From Desulfurella sp. (GTDB lineage Bacteria > Campylobacterota_A > Desulfurellia > Desulfurellales > Desulfurellaceae), in the NCBI GenBank assembly GCA_031960885.1, contig JAVRLY010000012.1:1-25953 (forward strand): a stretch of 25,953 nt of DNA, in the 5' to 3' direction. Shown piece by piece: positions 1-10,767 of the stretch (within the stretch, counting starts at the first letter, position 1; the number at the start of each line of letters is the position of its first letter). The notes below the pieces were generated by a model. It saw only the letters and a list, made by a program, of their open reading frames with translations. It was not told the DNA's origin and ran no database searches. A program made the translations under genes and the position numbers.

Positions 1-125
1 AACTCAAAAGCGGTATCGCCATCATTAAAAATTTCTAAATCAAAATGTTCTTGAAGTTCTTTTTCTATGATAGCCCTTATTGTTGAGCTATCATCGCAAA
101 CCAAAATCCTTTTTTTATCTGACAT
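1..125 (-). CDS. Response regulator receiver-domain protein, N-terminal 41 aa only (runs off the window)
   Basis: Not in the ORF track. Manual translation from ATG at 125 gives MSDKKRILVCDDSSTIRAIIEKELQEHFDLEIFNDGDTAFE, a typical REC beta1-alpha1 with the acidic DD pair. It overlaps the pheA 3' end by 11 nt. Confidence 0.85.
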   Translation of the reverse strand, partial: MSDKKRILVCDDSSTIRAIIEKELQEHFDLEIFNDGDTAFE

Positions 126-1188
126 ACTTTGGATACGAACCTAAGAGTTTTATAAAAGGCACAGTACTGCTTAAGACTTCAAAGGCTTTTTTCACGCTTT
201 CTGATTCAATATGGCCATCTATGTCAACATAAAATATGTAAGACCAATTTTCTTGTTTTGACGGTCTAGACTCTATTCTTGTTAAATTTATTTCGTTATC
301 GTAAAATATCTTCAAAATAGAATAAAGCGCTCCAACTTTGTCGTAAATAGAAAACATTAGTGATGTTTTATCCTCACCACTTGGTGCGGGTATATGTTTG
401 CCTATGACCAAAAAACGTGTGACATTGTTAATCTTATCTTCAATGCCTTTTGCTAACACATTTAAATCGTAAAGAGCGCTTGCTGCTAGTGAAGATATTG
501 CTGCTACGCTTTTGTCTTTAGCAGCAATTTTAGCAGCTTTTGCAGTTGATGATGTCTCAAATAACATTGCATTGGGTAAATGCTTCTTTAACCAGTTCTT
601 GCATTGGCCTAATGCATTGGGATGAGAGTATACAGCTTTGATTTCGCTAAAATTTTGAGCTTTAGATAGTAGATTATGCTTTATATCTACCATAATCTCA
701 GAAACAATCTTAACATTAGAGTTAACAAACATATCAAGCGTATAGTTAACCACGCCTTCAATAGAATTTTCTATTGGTACAACACCAAAATCTGCACGGT
801 CTTGCTCAACATCAAAAAAGACATCTTCAATGGATTCTTCTGGTTGATAATAAAGACTTGTGCCAAATTTTTCAATTGCAGCTTGATGAGTAAATGTAGC
901 CTCTGGACCTAAATAGCTAATAGTGAGAGGCTCTTCCATTTTAATCGATGCACTCATTATTTCTCTAAAAATGGCTTTTAGAGAATTTTTGTTCATATAA
1001 ACTAATTTTAGGCTATCAAGCGTTTTGTATATTTGGTTTTCTCTTTCTGGTGCATAAAAAGACAAACCTTTTTCTCGTTTTATTGCACCAATATTTTTTA
1101 CTATCTCAGAGCGCTTTTCCAATAATTCAATAATTTTATTATCTATTTCATTTATTTGTTTGCGCAAAACAATCAAATCTTCGCTCAT
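115..1188 (-). CDS. pheA: Bifunctional chorismate mutase / prephenate dehydratase (P-protein)
   Basis: AroQ-type N-terminus (LRKQINEIDNKIIELLEKR), PDT motifs YLGPEATFT, VPIENSIEG, SHPNALGQC, NVTRF, and ACT domain with NLTRIESRP. Confidence 0.96.
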   Translation of the reverse strand: MSEDLIVLRKQINEIDNKIIELLEKRSEIVKNIGAIKREKGLSFYAPERENQIYKTLDSLKLVYMNKNSLKAIFREIMSASIKMEEPLTISYLGPEATFTHQAAIEKFGTSLYYQPEESIEDVFFDVEQDRADFGVVPIENSIEGVVNYTLDMFVNSNVKIVSEIMVDIKHNLLSKAQNFSEIKAVYSHPNALGQCKNWLKKHLPNAMLFETSSTAKAAKIAAKDKSVAAISSLAASALYDLNVLAKGIEDKINNVTRFLVIGKHIPAPSGEDKTSLMFSIYDKVGALYSILKIFYDNEINLTRIESRPSKQENWSYIFYVDIDGHIESESVKKAFEVLSSTVPFIKLLGSYPKYVR

Positions 1189-1195
1189 TTAATCC

Positions 1196-2146
1196 TCACA
1201 AAAAGTTTGTTGTCATAGAGCGCCATTTTTCCCATCTTTTATCAACCAATTTTTTTGGGTTATTGCGTGTTAGTTCTTTTAAATTGTCCAATATGTAACT
1301 TTTAATGGAATATGCTGTTTGTTGAGGATTTCTATGCGCACCACCCAAAGGTTCTTCAATAATATCATCTATAACTTTTAAGCTGTACAAATCCTTAGCT
1401 GTAATATGCATAGCCCTTGCAGCTTCAACCACATGATTGCCATCTCTCCATAGTATTGACGAACAACCTTCTGGTGATATAACACCATAAATCGCAAATT
1501 GCAGCATGGCAACTTTATCACCCACAGATAAAGCAAGAGCGCCACCACTACCACCTTCACCTGTTATTATGCATATAGTTGGTACTTTTAAGTCAGACAT
1601 AATATAGAGATTCCGCGCAATCGCTTCTGATTGGCCACGCTCTTCTGCGCCTACGCCTGGGTAAGCCCCCGGTGTATCAACAAATGTAACAATAGGTAAA
1701 TTAAATTTTTCTGCCAGACGCATAATCCTTTGTGATTTGCGGTAGCCTTCTGGGTTTGCCATCCCAAAATTTCTATATAAATTTTCTTTTGTATTGCGAC
1801 CTTTTTGATGACCAATAATTGCCACTTTATATTTATCAATGTAGCCAAATCCTGCTACAATAGCTTTATCATCTGCAAATAAGCGATCCCCGTGAACTTC
1901 GACAAAGTCTTTAACAATTAAATTTATGAAATCGAGTGTATACGGTCTGTTTGGATGCCTTGCAATTTTGATAACTTTATCAATAGATAAGTTTTCAAAT
2001 TCTTTCCTAATAATTTCATTTTTTTTACGCTCAAGAGCTTCTATTTCTGAGTGTACATCAATAGAGCTGCTTTGCGCCATTTGTCTCAAATTATCAATTT
2101 CTTCTTCTATCTCATAAATAGGTTTTTCAAAATCATAAACAAACAT
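1196..2146 (-). CDS. accA: Acetyl-CoA carboxylase carboxyltransferase subunit alpha
   Basis: DFEKPI, ARHPNRP, HGDR, GHQKGR, RNFGMANPEGYRK, DTPGAYPG, GEGGSGGAL, VISPEGCSSILW. Confidence 0.97.
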   Translation of the reverse strand: MFVYDFEKPIYEIEEEIDNLRQMAQSSSIDVHSEIEALERKKNEIIRKEFENLSIDKVIKIARHPNRPYTLDFINLIVKDFVEVHGDRLFADDKAIVAGFGYIDKYKVAIIGHQKGRNTKENLYRNFGMANPEGYRKSQRIMRLAEKFNLPIVTFVDTPGAYPGVGAEERGQSEAIARNLYIMSDLKVPTICIITGEGGSGGALALSVGDKVAMLQFAIYGVISPEGCSSILWRDGNHVVEAARAMHITAKDLYSLKVIDDIIEEPLGGAHRNPQQTAYSIKSYILDNLKELTRNNPKKLVDKRWEKWRSMTTNFL

Positions 2147-2149
2147 AGA

Positions 2150-3742
2150 TCACCTCTTGCTTACAAGGCCGTCATCTTTCATTAGCTTGTAAATAATAGA
2201 ATCAAATAATGCCTTTTTAGATGCTTCAATTACATCTTCGCCTACACCAACAGTTTCCCATCTATTTTTCTTATCAGTTGATTGAATAAGCACCCTAACG
2301 CTAGCGCCAGTACCTTGCTCGCTTTTTAATATTCTAACCTTATAATCAATAAGCGATAATTCTGCTAAATTTGGATAAAATACAATCAAAGCCTTTCTTA
2401 GTGCATTGTCAATGGCGTTAACAGGACCATTGCCTAAACTTGCTGTATGCTCAATTTTATCATTTACTTTAACAATTACAGTAGCCTCAACTGGGCTTCG
2501 CTCATCTTTTTCGCACCTTTCTCTATCAATTACAGTATATGACAATACTTCAAAATAATCCCTTATCTCTCCTCTGTGTTTTCTAAGCAATAACTCAAAT
2601 GACGCGTCTGCAGTTTCGAAATAATACCCTTCGTTTTCAAGCTTCTTAATTTCTAATAGCGCATTTTTGCCGGCTTTGGAATCTTTGTCTATAGGAATAC
2701 CTATGCTTTGCGCTTTATACATAATATTGCTAATACCAGAAAGATCCGAAATTAAAACCCTTTGGCTATTGCCTACAAGTTCTGGCACAATATGCTCGTA
2801 AGTTTTGGAATTCTTCAAAATTGCACTTACATGCACACCGCCTTTGTGAGCAAAAGCACTCTCTCCAACAAATGGCAAATGCTTATTATGAGGTAGATTC
2901 AATATTTCATCAATCTTTTTTGATACGCTTGTAAGTTTTTTTAGATTTTCATCGCTTATGCAATCTATACCCATTTTTAATTTCAAATTAGGTATAATAG
3001 AACATAAATTAGCATTTCCGCAACGCTCGCCATAGCCATTTATTGTACCTTGAACATGTACAATACCATGTTTTACAGCTAAAATTGAGTTTGCCACGCC
3101 AAGTTCTGAATCATTGTGTTGGTGAATACCAAGTGGAGCGTTTGGAAACCTAGACTTTACACTTTCTATTATCTCTTCAAGCTCCCATGGCAATGTGCCT
3201 CCGTTTGTATCAGCAAGTACAATAACATCAGCGCCACCTTCAATTGCTGCTTGCAATGTCTTTAGAGCGTACTCTGGGTTATGTTTGTAACCATCAAAAA
3301 AATGTTCTGCATCGTAGATAAATTCTTCACAATGTTTTTTTAAGTATTGAACCGAATCATAAATAATTTCTAAATTTTCTTCCATTGTGATTTTTAATGC
3401 ATCTTTAACATGCAAATCCCAACTTTTTCCAAATATTGTAATTACAGGTGTCTGACTTTCAACTAATTGAATAATATTTGGATCCTCATCAACCTTGAGC
3501 TTTGCTCGTCTAGTAGAGCCAAAAGATGATATTTTTGCATTTTTTAAACGTAAATTTTTAGCCTGCTTAAAATAATCCTCATCTTTTGGGTTAGAACCAG
3601 GCCAACCGCCTTCTATATAATGAACGCCTAAATCATCCAAAATCTCCGTTATTGTTAGTTTATCTTCAACAAGCAAACTGACATCTTCTGATTGTGTACC
3701 GTCCCTTAGGGTCGTATCAAATATTTTAACCTGATCGTGCAT
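2150..3742 (-). CDS. cimA: Citramalate synthase (LeuA/CimA family)
   Basis: [61 protein letters not shown]. Start moved from 3787 to the ATG at 3742 (MHDQVK), which follows the SD-like AGAGGGGG and avoids overlapping lysC. Confidence 0.9.
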   Translation of the reverse strand: MHDQVKIFDTTLRDGTQSEDVSLLVEDKLTITEILDDLGVHYIEGGWPGSNPKDEDYFKQAKNLRLKNAKISSFGSTRRAKLKVDEDPNIIQLVESQTPVITIFGKSWDLHVKDALKITMEENLEIIYDSVQYLKKHCEEFIYDAEHFFDGYKHNPEYALKTLQAAIEGGADVIVLADTNGGTLPWELEEIIESVKSRFPNAPLGIHQHNDSELGVANSILAVKHGIVHVQGTINGYGERCGNANLCSIIPNLKLKMGIDCISDENLKKLTSVSKKIDEILNLPHNKHLPFVGESAFAHKGGVHVSAILKNSKTYEHIVPELVGNSQRVLISDLSGISNIMYKAQSIGIPIDKDSKAGKNALLEIKKLENEGYYFETADASFELLLRKHRGEIRDYFEVLSYTVIDRERCEKDERSPVEATVIVKVNDKIEHTASLGNGPVNAIDNALRKALIVFYPNLAELSLIDYKVRILKSEQGTGASVRVLIQSTDKKNRWETVGVGEDVIEASKKALFDSIIYKLMKDDGLVSKR

Positions 3743-3761
3743 ATTTCCCCCTCTAAAAAAT

Positions 3762-4241
3762 TTATTCCTTGTCCAAGCCAAATGCACTATGCAATGATCT
3801 TACAGCTAATTCTAAATATTTCTCTTCTATAATGCAGGAAACCTTTATCTCAGATGTTGTAATCATTAATATATTTATGCCTTCTTTTGCTAGTGTGTCA
3901 AACATTTTTGCTGCAACACCAGGATGCGATCTCATTCCCACGCCTACAATAGATACTTTTGATATATCTTTTCTTACTTCAATATCTTTCGCACCTATTT
4001 CTTGAATAATTTGTTTTAAGATATCGTAAGCTTTATCTGCTTCTATTCTTGGTACGGTAAAAGAAATATCAGTATAACCATCTTCACTAGCGTTTTGTAC
4101 AATAACATCTACATTGATATTTTTTGCTGATATAGCCCCGAATATCTTTGAAGAAATGCCTGGTTTGTCTGGTACTTTAACTACTGTAATCCTTGCCTGG
4201 TTTTTATCATGCGCAATGCCCGATACCAACACTTTTTCCAT
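3762..4241 (-). CDS. lysC: Predicted aspartate kinase beta subunit (159 aa) from an in-frame internal start at Met248
   Basis: Coding strand reads TGGGAGGATGAAAAT-ATG: GGAGG at 4250-4254, 8 nt before the in-frame ATG at 4241, at the kinase/ACT boundary ([12 protein letters not shown]). Confidence 0.7.
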   Translation of the reverse strand: MEKVLVSGIAHDKNQARITVVKVPDKPGISSKIFGAISAKNINVDVIVQNASEDGYTDISFTVPRIEADKAYDILKQIIQEIGAKDIEVRKDISKVSIVGVGMRSHPGVAAKMFDTLAKEGINILMITTSEIKVSCIIEEKYLELAVRSLHSAFGLDKE

Positions 4242-4982
4242 ATTTTCATCCTCCCATGTTACTAATGTGCCTGGATTATATGTATAACTTGATATAACCA
4301 TAATTGGCACGTTATATTTCATGCCAAACTCAACTGACCTAATTTGCAAAACTTTAGCACCTAAGCTTGCAAGTTCCATCATTTCCTCATATGTTATCCT
4401 ATCTAGTTTTCTTGCTTTTTCAACAATGCGTGGATCAGCCGTATACACTCCATCAACATCAGTGTAAATCTCGCAAACATCAGCTTTTATTGCAGCAGCA
4501 ATAGCTACAGCTGTCGTATCAGAACCACCCCTGCCCAGTGTTGTCACATCGCCTGTGTCTTCTGATATACCTTGAAAGCCAGCAACGATTACCACATAAT
4601 CATCATCTAGCATCTTTAGTATTCTTTTAGCATCAATACTTTTTATACGAGCTTTTGTATGAGCAGAATCTGTGACTATACCGCACTGTCTACCTGTCAA
4701 GGCAATGGCTTTTACACCTATCTCATTAAGATATAGAGAAACAAGTGCACTTGATATACGCTCTCCGCTTGACAACAACAAATCCATTTCACGCTCTTTT
4801 GGATTTTTAGATAAACTGTAAGCCATTTCTACTAGTTTATCTGTTTCGCCTGCCATAGCAGAAATTGTAACAACAACTTTGTTGTTTTTTTCTTTTGTTT
4901 CTTTAATGTGATTACACACATTTTTAATCTTTTCCAATGTGCCAACAGATGTTCCACCGTACTTTTGCACTATAAGACCCAT
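3762..4982 (-). CDS. lysC: Aspartate kinase (alpha subunit), two C-terminal ACT domains
   Basis: [43 protein letters not shown] repeats PDKPGI and [10 protein letters not shown]. Confidence 0.96.
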   Translation of the reverse strand: MGLIVQKYGGTSVGTLEKIKNVCNHIKETKEKNNKVVVTISAMAGETDKLVEMAYSLSKNPKEREMDLLLSSGERISSALVSLYLNEIGVKAIALTGRQCGIVTDSAHTKARIKSIDAKRILKMLDDDYVVIVAGFQGISEDTGDVTTLGRGGSDTTAVAIAAAIKADVCEIYTDVDGVYTADPRIVEKARKLDRITYEEMMELASLGAKVLQIRSVEFGMKYNVPIMVISSYTYNPGTLVTWEDENMEKVLVSGIAHDKNQARITVVKVPDKPGISSKIFGAISAKNINVDVIVQNASEDGYTDISFTVPRIEADKAYDILKQIIQEIGAKDIEVRKDISKVSIVGVGMRSHPGVAAKMFDTLAKEGINILMITTSEIKVSCIIEEKYLELAVRSLHSAFGLDKE

Positions 4983-4994
4983 TTAAACCCCCTT

Positions 4995-7136
4995 CTATAT
5001 TAGTAATTCCCTTTTACCTTTATCATCTGGCTTTGATAATATACCCATCTTTTCCATTTGCTCTACAATCCTTGCTGACCTATTATAACCAATTTTTAAT
5101 CTTCTTTGAATATATGAAATTGTTGGAGAGCCACCTTCTTTGATAATCCTTAGAGCCTCATCAAATAACTCATCCTTTTCTTCAATTAATTCTTCTTCTA
5201 TGCCGCTTTCTTCTTTTGCTTCATTTATAAGTTCTTCATTATAAACTGGAGTGCCCTGAGACTTTACATAATAAATTATTGCTTTCAATTCATCATCTGT
5301 AATAAATCCGCCATGAACACGAACAAAATGTGATGTACCTGGTTGTAAAAACAACATATCGCCCCTACCAAGCAGCATCTCAGCGCCTTGAGAGTCCAAA
5401 ATTGTTCTAGAATCAATCTTTGATGACACCTTGAAAGAAATACGCGCGCTAAAGTTTGCTTTAATTAAACCAGTTAATACATCAACACTGGGTCTTTGTG
5501 TTGCTACTATCAAATGTATACCAGCAGCACGAGCCATTTGAGCAAGTCTTGCAATTGACAATTCAACTTTTTTTGATGAAACCATCATTAAATCGGATAA
5601 CTCATCAATAACGACTACAATATATGGAAATGGCGGATAATCAATTTGCTTACTTTTAGCCTTTTCATTAAATCCATCTATATTTCTCACACCAGATTCA
5701 CTCATTATCTTATACCTTGTTTCCATCTCCTTAACTAGTGCTGCTAAAGCGCCGCTTGCTTGCTTTGGGTCAACAACAGGAGGCATAAGCAGATGCGGAA
5801 TGCCATCATACATAGAAAGCTCAATCATTTTGGGGTCAACAAGAACAAATTTAACATCATCTGGAGTAGATTTATAGAGTATACTAACTATCATTGTATT
5901 TAAACCAACACTCTTACCTGCCCCCGTTGCCCCAGCAATCAATAAATGAGGCATTTTAGCTAAATCAGCTACAAATGGATTCCCAATTATATCTTTGCCT
6001 AATGCTAATGTCAATGGTGATTTTGAGTTAATAAATAACTTTGATGATAGTATCTCTTTCATATAAACGGTTTGTATTTGTCTATTTGGTATTTCTATGC
6101 CGACAACATTTTTTCCTGGTATAGGAGCAATAATGCGCACAGAAATAGCTTTCATTGCCATAGCCAAATCATTTGCTAAGTTAGATATTTTGCTAATTTT
6201 TATGCCAGATGAGGGTTTAAATTCATACATTGTTACAACAGGACCTGGCCTTACCTCAACCACTTTTCCAGTAACACCAAAATTCTTCAGCTTTTCTTCC
6301 AAAACTTTTACATTCTCCAAAATTTCATTTTCTTCAACCTCTTTATTGATATTAACTGGATCATTTAAAAGCTCAATACTTGGCAGAATATAGCCATTTT
6401 TTGTTTTATTATCAATGTCTTGAATTACTTGATTGTTATCATCTTTTGTTAAATTACGTTTTATTGTAATGCCAGTTTTTTTTAAATCATCAGTTGGTTT
6501 TGCACTTTCTTGTTTATTGACAATGGTTTCGCTTTCAATAATATTGGCTGCATCATTTTGTATAACGCCTTTTTGTAAATTTGGAGGCTCTTTTGTTTGT
6601 TTTGGTTTTATACTAATTTTTTTTTTGAATTTAATCTTCTTTATCTGTTCAATAAACACAATAAGCATTTCTTTTATTGAAAACAATAAACATAATGCAG
6701 CAATTGGAGAAAATATTACCATTATACCTACTCTGCCTAGATAAAATTCTAACAATCTACCCAAATAGTAGCCACAAAGACCAAAAATAAAATATCCATT
6801 TTTAATCAAGTATGCCCTTCCAAGATAAGCAAATAGTATATATAACATTATATCTACAGATACAACAAATAAAAAAACAAAAACAAAGCTTCTTGCAAAC
6901 TTTATTGGCTTTATTAAATATGCAAAAGCACTTCCAAATAATAATATAGGCAATAAATATACTAATATGCCAAAGCTTGTAAATAAAAAATTGGAAACAT
7001 CAGCGCCAACATAGCCTATAAGATTATGTATCTGTGTATGAGGATAAAACATATCATGAAAATCATAAGAAATTACAGACAAAAAAATTATGAGTAATAT
7101 GAAAGTATATACAGCAAAAAACGTATATTTTTTCAA
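4995..7136 (-). CDS. ftsK: DNA translocase FtsK/SpoIIIE
   Basis: N-terminal TM segments, GPVVTMYE, RIIAPIPGK, Walker A GATGAGKS, VDPKMIEL, VIDELSDLMM, ATQRPSVDV, gamma domain IQRRLKIGYNRSARIVEQME. The likely start is the TTG at 7136 (7 nt after GGAGG at 7144-7148); the TTG at 7142 is only 1 nt from that SD. Confidence 0.95.
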   Translation of the reverse strand: MKKYTFFAVYTFILLIIFLSVISYDFHDMFYPHTQIHNLIGYVGADVSNFLFTSFGILVYLLPILLFGSAFAYLIKPIKFARSFVFVFLFVVSVDIMLYILFAYLGRAYLIKNGYFIFGLCGYYLGRLLEFYLGRVGIMVIFSPIAALCLLFSIKEMLIVFIEQIKKIKFKKKISIKPKQTKEPPNLQKGVIQNDAANIIESETIVNKQESAKPTDDLKKTGITIKRNLTKDDNNQVIQDIDNKTKNGYILPSIELLNDPVNINKEVEENEILENVKVLEEKLKNFGVTGKVVEVRPGPVVTMYEFKPSSGIKISKISNLANDLAMAMKAISVRIIAPIPGKNVVGIEIPNRQIQTVYMKEILSSKLFINSKSPLTLALGKDIIGNPFVADLAKMPHLLIAGATGAGKSVGLNTMIVSILYKSTPDDVKFVLVDPKMIELSMYDGIPHLLMPPVVDPKQASGALAALVKEMETRYKIMSESGVRNIDGFNEKAKSKQIDYPPFPYIVVVIDELSDLMMVSSKKVELSIARLAQMARAAGIHLIVATQRPSVDVLTGLIKANFSARISFKVSSKIDSRTILDSQGAEMLLGRGDMLFLQPGTSHFVRVHGGFITDDELKAIIYYVKSQGTPVYNEELINEAKEESGIEEELIEEKDELFDEALRIIKEGGSPTISYIQRRLKIGYNRSARIVEQMEKMGILSKPDDKGKRELLI

Positions 7137-7138
7137 AA

Positions 7139-8785
7139 TCAAACCTCCATTATAATGGGGAGCACCATAGGATTACGCATCAATTTTTTGTACAAAAACT
7201 TATTTAGAGCTTTTCTTATTTTCTTCTTTAATTCTAGAGAATCCATGTTAACATTTAAATCACATTGGTTTACAAGATTCTTAACCATACTTGTAGCTTC
7301 GCTAATCAGCTTTTTTGACCTTTCTTCGTAAGTTAATCCTTTAGTAATAATATCAGGACCACTGATAAGTTCGCCATTGGCACTATCAAACGCCAAAATA
7401 ACAATAACAAATCCGTCAGTAGATAGCTGCATCCTGTCTCTTATAACAACATCTTCCACATCTCCAACGCCTTTACCATCAACAAATACCCTTCCAGCAG
7501 ATACCTTTTTTGCAACCTTAATGTTATCGTTTAATTCAAACACATCACCATTGTCAAGCATAAATATATTATTTGGGTTAATGCCAACATCAATAGCTAT
7601 CTCTTTGTGAGCAATACGCATCATATATTCACCATGAATAGGAATAAAATACTGAGGTTTTATAATACCCAATATAATTTTTAGCTCATCTTTTGAGGCA
7701 TGTCCTGATACATGGACCTCAGAATTTCTATCGTGGTAAATTTTTGCCCCTTCTTTGAGCAGCGTATTTATAATTCTATAAACGGCTTTTTCATTTCCGG
7801 GTATTGGTTTGGCTGATATAATAAAAGTATCAGTTGTCTTTACTTTAATTTTTGGATGTTCTTTTGATGCAATTCTAGATAGTCCACTCATTGGTTCGCC
7901 TTGAGAGCCGGTTGTAACAATAATTAGTTTGTTGTCTGGATAATCTGAAAGTTGAGACTCTTCAATTAAGCAATTTTTAGGGTCTTTTAAAAATCCTAAT
8001 TCTTTCGATATATTTGTGTTTCTAACCATGCTTTTGCCCATTATACAAACTTTTTTATCTGTCAGTGATGCAACATCAATAATTTGCTGGACTCTGTGTA
8101 TATTTGAAGCAAATGTTACAACTACTACTCTGCCTTTTACTTCTTTAAATAAATTATAAAAAGCTTCACCCACTTTCTTTTCAGATTTTGTGAAACCTTC
8201 ATTTAATGCGTTTGTGCTATCACTTAAAAGCAGTTTAACGCCTTTGCCACCGTAATAGGCAAGTCGCGCCAAGTCAATGGGTTTGCCGTCCACTGGGGTT
8301 TGGTCAATCTTAAAATCGCCCGTATGTAAAATTATACCAGATGGTGTTTCAATTGCAAATCCCACTCCACCAATAATAGAGTGCGTCATTAAGATGGGCT
8401 CAATTTTAAAACTACCCACTTTATAAATCTTTTTTGTTTCAATTTCTATTAGATTCACATCTGTAATTTTAAATTCATCAAGTTTTTTTTGCAAAATACC
8501 CAATGTAAATTTCGTTCCATATATAGGCAACTTAATTTTTTCAAGCAAATAAGGTACAGCCCCAACATGGTCCTCATGTGCATGTGTCAAAAATAAGCCT
8601 TTAAATTTGCTTGCATTTTCATAAACATAAGTAAAGTCTGGTATTACTAAATCCACACCCAGCATATCCTCTTCTGGAAACATTAAACCAGCATCAATCA
8701 AAATAGCATTCGTTCTATCTTCAATTACACTGCAATTTAGACCGATCTCAGACAAACCTCCAAGAGGTATAACATTTATACCCAT
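7139..8785 (-). CDS. rnj: Ribonuclease J
   Basis: PLGGLSEIG, THAHEDHVG, HTGDFKID, SDSTNA, TFASNIHR, TGSQGEP, HVSGHA, PIHGEY, C-terminal RNPMVLPIIMEV. Confidence 0.96.
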   Translation of the reverse strand: MGINVIPLGGLSEIGLNCSVIEDRTNAILIDAGLMFPEEDMLGVDLVIPDFTYVYENASKFKGLFLTHAHEDHVGAVPYLLEKIKLPIYGTKFTLGILQKKLDEFKITDVNLIEIETKKIYKVGSFKIEPILMTHSIIGGVGFAIETPSGIILHTGDFKIDQTPVDGKPIDLARLAYYGGKGVKLLLSDSTNALNEGFTKSEKKVGEAFYNLFKEVKGRVVVVTFASNIHRVQQIIDVASLTDKKVCIMGKSMVRNTNISKELGFLKDPKNCLIEESQLSDYPDNKLIIVTTGSQGEPMSGLSRIASKEHPKIKVKTTDTFIISAKPIPGNEKAVYRIINTLLKEGAKIYHDRNSEVHVSGHASKDELKIILGIIKPQYFIPIHGEYMMRIAHKEIAIDVGINPNNIFMLDNGDVFELNDNIKVAKKVSAGRVFVDGKGVGDVEDVVIRDRMQLSTDGFVIVILAFDSANGELISGPDIITKGLTYEERSKKLISEATSMVKNLVNQCDLNVNMDSLELKKKIRKALNKFLYKKLMRNPMVLPIIMEV

Positions 8786-9534
8786 CCTTTCTCCTTTAAA
8801 TAGTTAAATAATGTATATATTTCTTGAATGCTTAACTGCCGTGGCCTTGCATTCAAGATTGAATTTTCACTTAGATTGTGTATAGGCATGTATTTTTTTA
8901 GATTATTTCTAACAGTTTTGTTTGGTTGTGAAAAAAAATTTTTAAGAAATAAAAAAAATTCACTATCAATTGACTCGTTAATTAAACTAATGTCATAAGG
9001 TATGAATTCAACAACGCTTGATATCACTTTCGGTGAAGGCCTAAATGCTTGAGGCAAAACATCAAATACTTTTCTTACCTTAAAGTAAATTTGCACAAAA
9101 ATACTAAATTTCGTATACGCTTTGGTGTTCGGTTGTGCAATAATTGAATCTGCAACTTCTTTTTGAACCATAAAAATTATCTTTTTTATAAAATTTCGTT
9201 GTCCAGTCATATTTACAATGATTTTCTTTGATACATTGTATGGTAGATTACCTACGACACAATATGGTTTTTCTAATTTAAATTTAGTTGCATCAGCTTT
9301 TATAATATTCACATTTGGATTGTCTTTATATCTTTTCTGTAAATAATCAATCATAGCGTTATCAAACTCAACTGCATCCACATTAAACCCTTTCTTAAGT
9401 AAACTATCTGTTAAAGCCCCAAGCCCCGGTCCTATCTCAAGAACCAAACTTTTTTCGTCGATTAAAGAAACAATACGATAAATAACATCTTTATCGTGTA
9501 AAAAATGTTGACCTAAAGATTTTTTTGCCTGCAT
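8776..9534 (-). CDS. rsmA: 16S rRNA m6,2A1518/1519 dimethyltransferase KsgA
   Basis: KKSLGQHFL, LEIGPGLGALT, VGNLPYN, MVQKEVA, FRPSPKVIS. Confidence 0.95.
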   Translation of the reverse strand: MQAKKSLGQHFLHDKDVIYRIVSLIDEKSLVLEIGPGLGALTDSLLKKGFNVDAVEFDNAMIDYLQKRYKDNPNVNIIKADATKFKLEKPYCVVGNLPYNVSKKIIVNMTGQRNFIKKIIFMVQKEVADSIIAQPNTKAYTKFSIFVQIYFKVRKVFDVLPQAFRPSPKVISSVVEFIPYDISLINESIDSEFFLFLKNFFSQPNKTVRNNLKKYMPIHNLSENSILNARPRQLSIQEIYTLFNYLKEKGWV

Positions 9535-10514
9535 TTAATCATATTATAGGCTTGAAATACTGCTTCTTGCATACTAGCATAACTTGCGATAAATTTCCCA
9601 GCAATATCAAACGCACTCCCATGGTCTGGTGATGTTCTGATAATAGGCAAGCCCAATGTAACATTTACACTTTTATCAAAATAAAGCGCTTTTAATACGC
9701 TTAAACCATGATCATGGTACATACTGACAAACAAATCATAAATTTTTCTATTCTGAGGCAAAAATGCAGTGTCAGCAGCTATTGGACCCACAACATCAAT
9801 GCCCATCTCTTGTGCTTTTGAAACAGCAGGTGCAATTTCTTCTTGCTCTTGAGTGCCAAATAATCCATTTTCTGAATTATGTGGGTTAAGCGAACAAACC
9901 AGTATTTTTGGTTTTTTTATACCAAACTTTGAAACCAAATCTTTATAACTAATCAAAATAGTACTAAACACACGCTCTTTTGTAACTAAATCACTAACCT
10001 GTTTTAGACTAACATGTGTAGTGACAAGAGATACCCTAAATTTTCTATATCCAAGCATCATGACATAATTTTTTGTATGCGTCTTTTGAGATAAAATTTC
10101 TGTGTGGCCTGGATAGTTATATCCAGCCAAATTCATTGCTTCCTTGTTAATGGGGCCACTCACATATGCATCAATTTTATTTTCAATAGCCATATCTATA
10201 GCATAATTAATGGATTCATAAGACAATTTCCCATATTCTTTATCCAAACGGCCAACTTCTATGTTTGTTGGGTTTGAACTTGTGCAATTAAAAATATTTA
10301 AAGCACCATCTTTTAATTGATTTAAATTATCAATTGGATTGATTTTAAAATCAAGCTTAAATAATTTCTTGTAAAATTCAAATACATTGCTTGCACCAAA
10401 AACCACAATATCAAAATTGCCTTTTTTACCATAAATAAAATATTTTATGATAATCTCTGGAGATACTCCAGCTGCATCTCCCATGCTGACGCCAACAATA
10501 AGTTTATTTTTCAT
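9513..10514 (-). CDS. pdxA: 4-hydroxythreonine-4-phosphate dehydrogenase
   Basis: SMGDAAGVSPE, PINKE, GHTE, VTTHV, LNPH, ADT, MYHD, NVTLGLPIIRTSPDHG; sits in a surA-like/pdxA/ksgA context. Confidence 0.92.
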   Translation of the reverse strand: MKNKLIVGVSMGDAAGVSPEIIIKYFIYGKKGNFDIVVFGASNVFEFYKKLFKLDFKINPIDNLNQLKDGALNIFNCTSSNPTNIEVGRLDKEYGKLSYESINYAIDMAIENKIDAYVSGPINKEAMNLAGYNYPGHTEILSQKTHTKNYVMMLGYRKFRVSLVTTHVSLKQVSDLVTKERVFSTILISYKDLVSKFGIKKPKILVCSLNPHNSENGLFGTQEQEEIAPAVSKAQEMGIDVVGPIAADTAFLPQNRKIYDLFVSMYHDHGLSVLKALYFDKSVNVTLGLPIIRTSPDHGSAFDIAGKFIASYASMQEAVFQAYNMIKCRQKNL

Positions 10515-10767
10515 AATATTGCTCGTTTATAACCTCATAAAGTGAAGTTGCTTGTTCCTTTCCTACTACTCTATCAGGACACAAAAGCACATTGTAAGTT
10601 ACTTTTTTAGATGGAAAGTATATCGTAATAATATCACCTGTTTTTACATTACTTTGGGCTTTTGCCCTATTATCATTTAAAAAAACAAACCCATCTTCGC
10701 ACATTTGCTTTGCAATCGTTCGCCTTTTGATAATGCGCGATTGCTTTAAAAAAAGATCAATTCTCAT
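10504..10767 (-). CDS. S4-domain RNA-binding protein, RqcP/YabO (Hsp15-like) type
   Basis: MRIDLFLKQSRIIKRRTIAK...NRAKAQSNVKTGDII; 87 aa, with no Hsp15-type C-terminal extension. Confidence 0.85.
   Translation of the reverse strand: MRIDLFLKQSRIIKRRTIAKQMCEDGFVFLNDNRAKAQSNVKTGDIITIYFPSKKVTYNVLLCPDRVVGKEQATSLYEVINEQYYEK

Noticed and set aside
3743..3787. Longer cimA N-terminus from the ORF track
   Set aside because: It overlaps lysC, and the ATG at 3742 has an SD and matches where the family motif begins.
6617..6626. A10 run on the ftsK coding strand (plus A8-A9 runs in accA and rnj) as a slippage or phase-variation site
   Set aside because: These are Lys codon runs in an AT-rich genome, in core genes with intact frames.
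9700..9890. PdxA motif variants (MYHDHG instead of MYHDQG, NPHNSE instead of NPHAGE)
   Set aside because: The metal-binding histidines are retained and the gene context is canonical, so this looks like ordinary divergence.
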